Below, in pieces: positions 61,001 through 64,000 of a stretch of 64,000 nucleotides of DNA; within the stretch, counting starts at the first letter, position 1, and each line of letters starts with the position of its first letter. The stretch comes from Basidiobolus meristosporus CBS 931.73 (lineage: Eukaryota; Fungi; Basidiobolomycota): positions 1 to 64,000 of the forward strand of contig MCFE01000168.1 of the NCBI GenBank assembly GCA_002104905.1. The letters are read 5' to 3'. The notes beneath the pieces are model-generated. The model was not told the origin of the DNA and did not search any database. It saw nothing but the letters and a program-made list of their open reading frames with translations. A program made the position numbers and the translations under genes.

Positions 61001-64000
61001 CAAAAACCTCCACTTTAGGGAAGCGAGTTGATCAGCTAGTCAAAGAGCAAAAGGCACTCATCGATAAAGAGGGCCGCAATGATAAGGTGGCTAAAGACTT
61101 CGAGGAAATTCGGAAGGTTATTTCCAAAATAGTTGAACAACAAGCTACAACTTTAAACGCTACCTGGAGGAGTATATTTGAGGAAAGAATACCATTCGAT
61201 GTATCCGTGGTCAACACCAGGATTGTAAAGCTAGGTGACATTGTAGATCAACTCCTAGTCAAGCAACGTACTCTCTTTCCCCACCATGCAAACAGTGGCT
61301 TGCACAAGAACTCAGTCAAAGGGTTGAGAAGTCTAACAATCTCAATCAGCCAGGTTGGCAAATATGCTAAGAAATTATTATCTGAGCAAACACAGATATA
61401 CCAGAATCATGAAGTCTTGAGACAATCCCTCACCAATACCAGTAAGATCGACAGCCAGCTAATCGGATTAACCAAGAAAATCGACACAGTTGTACGCATC
61501 CAAGCTGCTCTATTACGACGTGCTCGAAAATATAACTATAGGAATACTGAAAGGCTTGGTGACGATCCTATTATCCAAAAACTCTGTGGCTTACAAAGTT
61601 CTGTCAACCAAATTATTTTACGTCAACAGAAATTGACCAGGGCCAAATTAGACGGACGCATTCCAGATGAAACTCTCAAAGAATTTGGGAAACTTGACAC
61701 GCATTTCAAGGAGCTGATAGGCTCAGTGAACCAATTTTCCACCAAGCAGTGGACAGTTATTTTGAAGGACTCGAAAAGCGAATTAACTGAAGACTTGGTG
61801 AGGAATATTTACCGCCTTTCTGAAGAACTCAAAGATATTTCGAACTATGCAACGGAAACCATGAAAATTCAGTCGAGGATTTTTGGCAGTAAGGAAGTCA
61901 CCAGAATACTCCAGCTCCAATCCAGTCAAGTAAAGGACTCTGGTTTAAAGTTAGGCCAGCTAAAGTCAAAATTTCAGGATCTATTAAAGCAACAGGCAAT
62001 GGTGATCAAGGAGTTAGGATACAGCCCAGGTCTAAAGAAAAATTCAAACGATCGCTTGCAAATTATTTATGAAAAGCTTCATGGACTACGTGGCGATTTT
62101 GAAAAGGTTATTGGATATCAAAGAAGTTTTATTAACCTCAAGATTAGATACAACCTGCCGAAGGAGATATCTTTTATAGTTGAAAAATTGAATGAACGTT
62201 TTACGGCTCTAGAAAAACAAATCGTTGACTTATCTAGGGGTCAGGATAACTTCTTGAGACTTGAAAGGAAAGATGAGCAACATCTATACACCATTGAAAA
62301 TTTCGCCTCGAACACAACCAAGGAGATTGGATCCTTGAAGGAATTGATAAACCAAATTATCCTCGAGCAATCAAAACTCTTCAAGCGTAGTGATGTTACG
62401 GCCCTTCTACAGCAACACACAGCAAGTATCGAGAAGATGGATGATCGACTACAGGATCTCAGCGCTCGAGTGATTCAACTTGTCAGTAATCAAAAGGAAC
62501 TGCTGCTTGCTGGTGAAACAGACAGATCTAAAAATTCTGCAAACAAAGACCTAATTAATAGATTTACCGAATTAAGAACAACAGTTCAAACACTTGTCCA
62601 CAAGCAGAATGAGTTATCTAAGCCACAGATTTTCAACCAAATCTCAGGGGATATAGCGCATGAAATTAAGGAGCTAACTGTGCAACTATCCAAACTCAAT
62701 GAAAAGGTCACCGCATTGAACGATAAGCAGCAAGCCATTCTTCTTCAAGTAGATAGCGCTGGTAAACACAATATCAATCCTCACAGACACAACGTTCAAT
62801 ATTTGAATGAACAACTAATTGATCTGGGAAAATCAATCCATGACATCTCCAGTCATCAAGCAAGAATTGCAAACGACCACCGAGTATTGGATGCGCTAAA
62901 GAAGCAAAATACGCAAATACTCTCTTTAGAAACAGGAATGATCAATCTCCGGGGAGAATTGAGGACTTTGATCTATCGTCAACAAACTCTGCTCAATGAA
63001 ACACACAACACTATCCAGCAGAATAGTGGTGAGATTTTAGAAATCCTGGCGAAACTCCAGAACTTGGACGGTAAAACAAATGGCCTATTCGAGCAGCAAA
63101 AAGCACTGATCAATAGAGATGTTTATGCAACTATTCCTAAAGAACTTACATTCCAGATTGATCAGATCGGTACTCGAATCGAGGATCTTCAGCATTTCGT
63201 GACCAAAGTTTCCAGAGACCAGGCAACATATCTTGAGTACAAGACAAGAAACAAGAATGGTGATTCGAAGAAATTACTTCGACTCAATCAACAATTTGAT
63301 CGATTGTTAACCATCATATCTCGGATTCTTGACGACCAAAATAAGATTACTACCAACGAGCATGTAGTCAAGATACTGAAAGAACACTCCAAATCAATCC
63401 AAAAAATTGATATCAGGCTCACGGGTATAAGCACTCTAATTCGAAAAATATTAGATAACCAACTCCGATTCATTCAATCACACAACGATCATAATCATAC
63501 TAGCCGTACTGCTCAGAATTTACCGCCTATAGCTACAGCCTTGTTGAGGATTCAAGAGGAGGTTGAATATCTCATTGAACAGCAGAGGAAGCTTAATCTT
63601 CCAGCAGTTGTGAATGTTCTACCTACAAATCTTCTGGACAAAGTGGTTCAAATCAACTCAGCTTTGGACGGCTGGAACGGGTATATTCAGCGTTTGTTTG
63701 AAAAGCAAGCCGAGTTGATCAAGTCATCAGAGAGCAGACAAGCCCAGGATTATAGGCATGCAATTGACAAGATCAACGAGAATTTGAGCGATTTTGGCCA
63801 CGCAATGCATACTCTGACTGTCCAACAGACGGAAATCTTCAAGAATGAGGAAATTCTAAAGATCGTGGCTGATGAACTCGGGGATCTGAAAGCAGTCAGA
63901 GCAACCATGAGAAAATTCGGCAGTCAGATCCAGAGTGTGATCAACCAACAAAAACACATCCTGGCTAGTATCTCTAATTTATCGAATCGGGATTCAGTTG
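58078..64000 (+). CDS. Paralog of the giant coiled-coil protein, at least 1974 aa, runs off the window end (absent from the ORF track)
   Basis: In-frame stop at 57994-57996, ATGs at 58078 and 58096. Stretches I translated (58.0-59.2 kb and parts of 60.5-64 kb) had no stops, and the track lists no closed ORF in this frame. Shares SQLA, EQVLLFPDGQLRY, KKIDTVVRIQ and NEEILKIVA with the minus-strand giant. Confidence 0.9.
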   Translation, partial: MTHQNGMNTFKRLRCNFYLLSQLAVVQSIQGSIYHHPTNNSFVSNEFALHTNSSNRANLLSNIHLRSQTRSTDPLDNWNTVNLGLDPSGIELSPYLESGDYPLSEYVQAFSWKNPGEQVLLFPDGQLRYVKSALHPYSSVESDKTNVRTSLPKDHGANKDDGIATKEESLMLDVKLDQLILALSPALLHERHHSGIHFQGLHEDITQLKQNVEKLENAIGITSTSNQSNQAHTQLYEKLNGRNHNFVGAQNNTDSLEQLRDAFSDMIMEQQILPRGIGDVTPTELKKIIEDLTSLFSRTHRILVEIGNEKDIFLRKDYSEMKNFQGINKLSKLKDILDLIMKLRDRILGEDFHQKLRNYSGDISKLGEQFIKLKSTMDLLVLQQQWTSKGVRASQLTNDQATKQLDELYMVADRIMQDQEKLFSIKTSGKEDLVLEKAIHNSLKQFAKLTIVVERLIEPSGLVKPHGDPGSAKVVESRLTIITPKLDLLRDAMIQMNKQQNILLDISRYHQRMESQSQDIRRLEEQLDRIQSTMLALEKNGPQHQRAKFVKAHLEQFNNLFQKAQRLVRGQYQLLSLVKSNRSEKRLNNVETMNLKLYLLNKIIEQVISNERPLVNSVNSKGRNMASRILQVDIKIGKLNTAAIEISRRQEQLSESLNVSWGEQDNNFKLMSYILNNLGSGINRLVTQQQRLLNDKGYTNEPAINGKLLELEKSVNRLVDAQSKLLLIKPAKLSGELMQEIDSMGERVKELAKLIEDLNSKQEQVWKIFRNGNAVNDFEKALAKDLHNQFLSLSFLVDKLTQKQIAFTTREEVTRLLSVQDKGIQQLSFDLGQICNKVGQILRQQEILNAKNNRSSSLKLLLDISKNIWQLLKQQNLLARSAHEKDVDKHASNLRKKLDNLKIIISKVLSSQESFIQPAFAGSETSSVTSTRVGELELELTELNNGLDIASFVQIEILKQIGVLNDQQNVKSINSKTSTLGKRVDQLVKEQKALIDKEGRNDKVAKDFEEIRKVISKIVEQQATTLNATWRSIFEERIPFDVSVVNTRIVKLGDIVDQLLVKQRTLFPHHANSGLHKNSVKGLRSLTISISQVGKYAKKLLSEQTQIYQNHEVLRQSLTNTSKIDSQLIGLTKKIDTVVRIQAALLRRARKYNYRNTERLGDDPIIQKLCGLQSSVNQIILRQQKLTRAKLDGRIPDETLKEFGKLDTHFKELIGSVNQFSTKQWTVILKDSKSELTEDLVRNIYRLSEELKDISNYATETMKIQSRIFGSKEVTRILQLQSSQVKDSGLKLGQLKSKFQDLLKQQAMVIKELGYSPGLKKNSNDRLQIIYEKLHGLRGDFEKVIGYQRSFINLKIRYNLPKEISFIVEKLNERFTALEKQIVDLSRGQDNFLRLERKDEQHLYTIENFASNTTKEIGSLKELINQIILEQSKLFKRSDVTALLQQHTASIEKMDDRLQDLSARVIQLVSNQKELLLAGETDRSKNSANKDLINRFTELRTTVQTLVHKQNELSKPQIFNQISGDIAHEIKELTVQLSKLNEKVTALNDKQQAILLQVDSAGKHNINPHRHNVQYLNEQLIDLGKSIHDISSHQARIANDHRVLDALKKQNTQILSLETGMINLRGELRTLIYRQQTLLNETHNTIQQNSGEILEILAKLQNLDGKTNGLFEQQKALINRDVYATIPKELTFQIDQIGTRIEDLQHFVTKVSRDQATYLEYKTRNKNGDSKKLLRLNQQFDRLLTIISRILDDQNKITTNEHVVKILKEHSKSIQKIDIRLTGISTLIRKILDNQLRFIQSHNDHNHTSRTAQNLPPIATALLRIQEEVEYLIEQQRKLNLPAVVNVLPTNLLDKVVQINSALDGWNGYIQRLFEKQAELIKSSESRQAQDYRHAIDKINENLSDFGHAMHTLTVQQTEIFKNEEILKIVADELGDLKAVRATMRKFGSQIQSVINQQKHILASISNLSNRDSV

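Noticed and set aside
46017-64000. Giant ORFs as transposon, viral or contaminant sequence, or CRISPR-like repeats
   Set aside because: No RT, integrase, transposase or capsid motifs, no terminal or spacer-type DNA repeats, and the region adjoins an ordinary fungal arrestin gene 164 bp away. The many short ORFs on the opposite strands are shadows.

Overview
Eukaryotic, intron-rich fungal DNA. The gene set suggests an early-diverging lineage; Basidiobolus or a relative is my best guess, inferred rather than proven. Most genes are split by short GT-AG introns, so the ORF track shows only fragments plus many spurious ORFs. By manual splicing I read about 26 protein-coding genes, mostly housekeeping: Pep12/syntaxin-7-like SNARE, WDR89, MCFD2-like EF-hand protein, PRI1, PRKRIP1, DMA1, ILV5, LEU2, an F-box/LRR protein, C1-THF synthase, RAX1, a UBE2E-like E2, GCN3, a bHLH factor, a LYR microprotein, ERG9 and an alpha-arrestin. 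Two accessory regions stand out. (1) At 9.0-13.5 kb, two intronless secreted bacterial-type CHAP (peptidoglycan hydrolase-like) paralogs in inverted orientation enclose a secreted PL14 lyase and a Myb-repeat protein with a mitochondrial-type presequence. (2) At 46-64 kb, a head-to-head pair of giant intronless, probably secreted coiled-coil proteins: one of 3668 aa, and a paralog of at least 1974 aa that the ORF track misses because it runs off the window end. Both are built from ~40-aa units nested in a ~162-aa super-repeat. Also notable are a divergent ILV5-LEU2 pair sharing Gcn4-type motifs and a C1-THF synthase with two in-frame starts. I found no tRNA, rRNA, CRISPR array or recognisable transposon. 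All calls are by eye; no searches were run.
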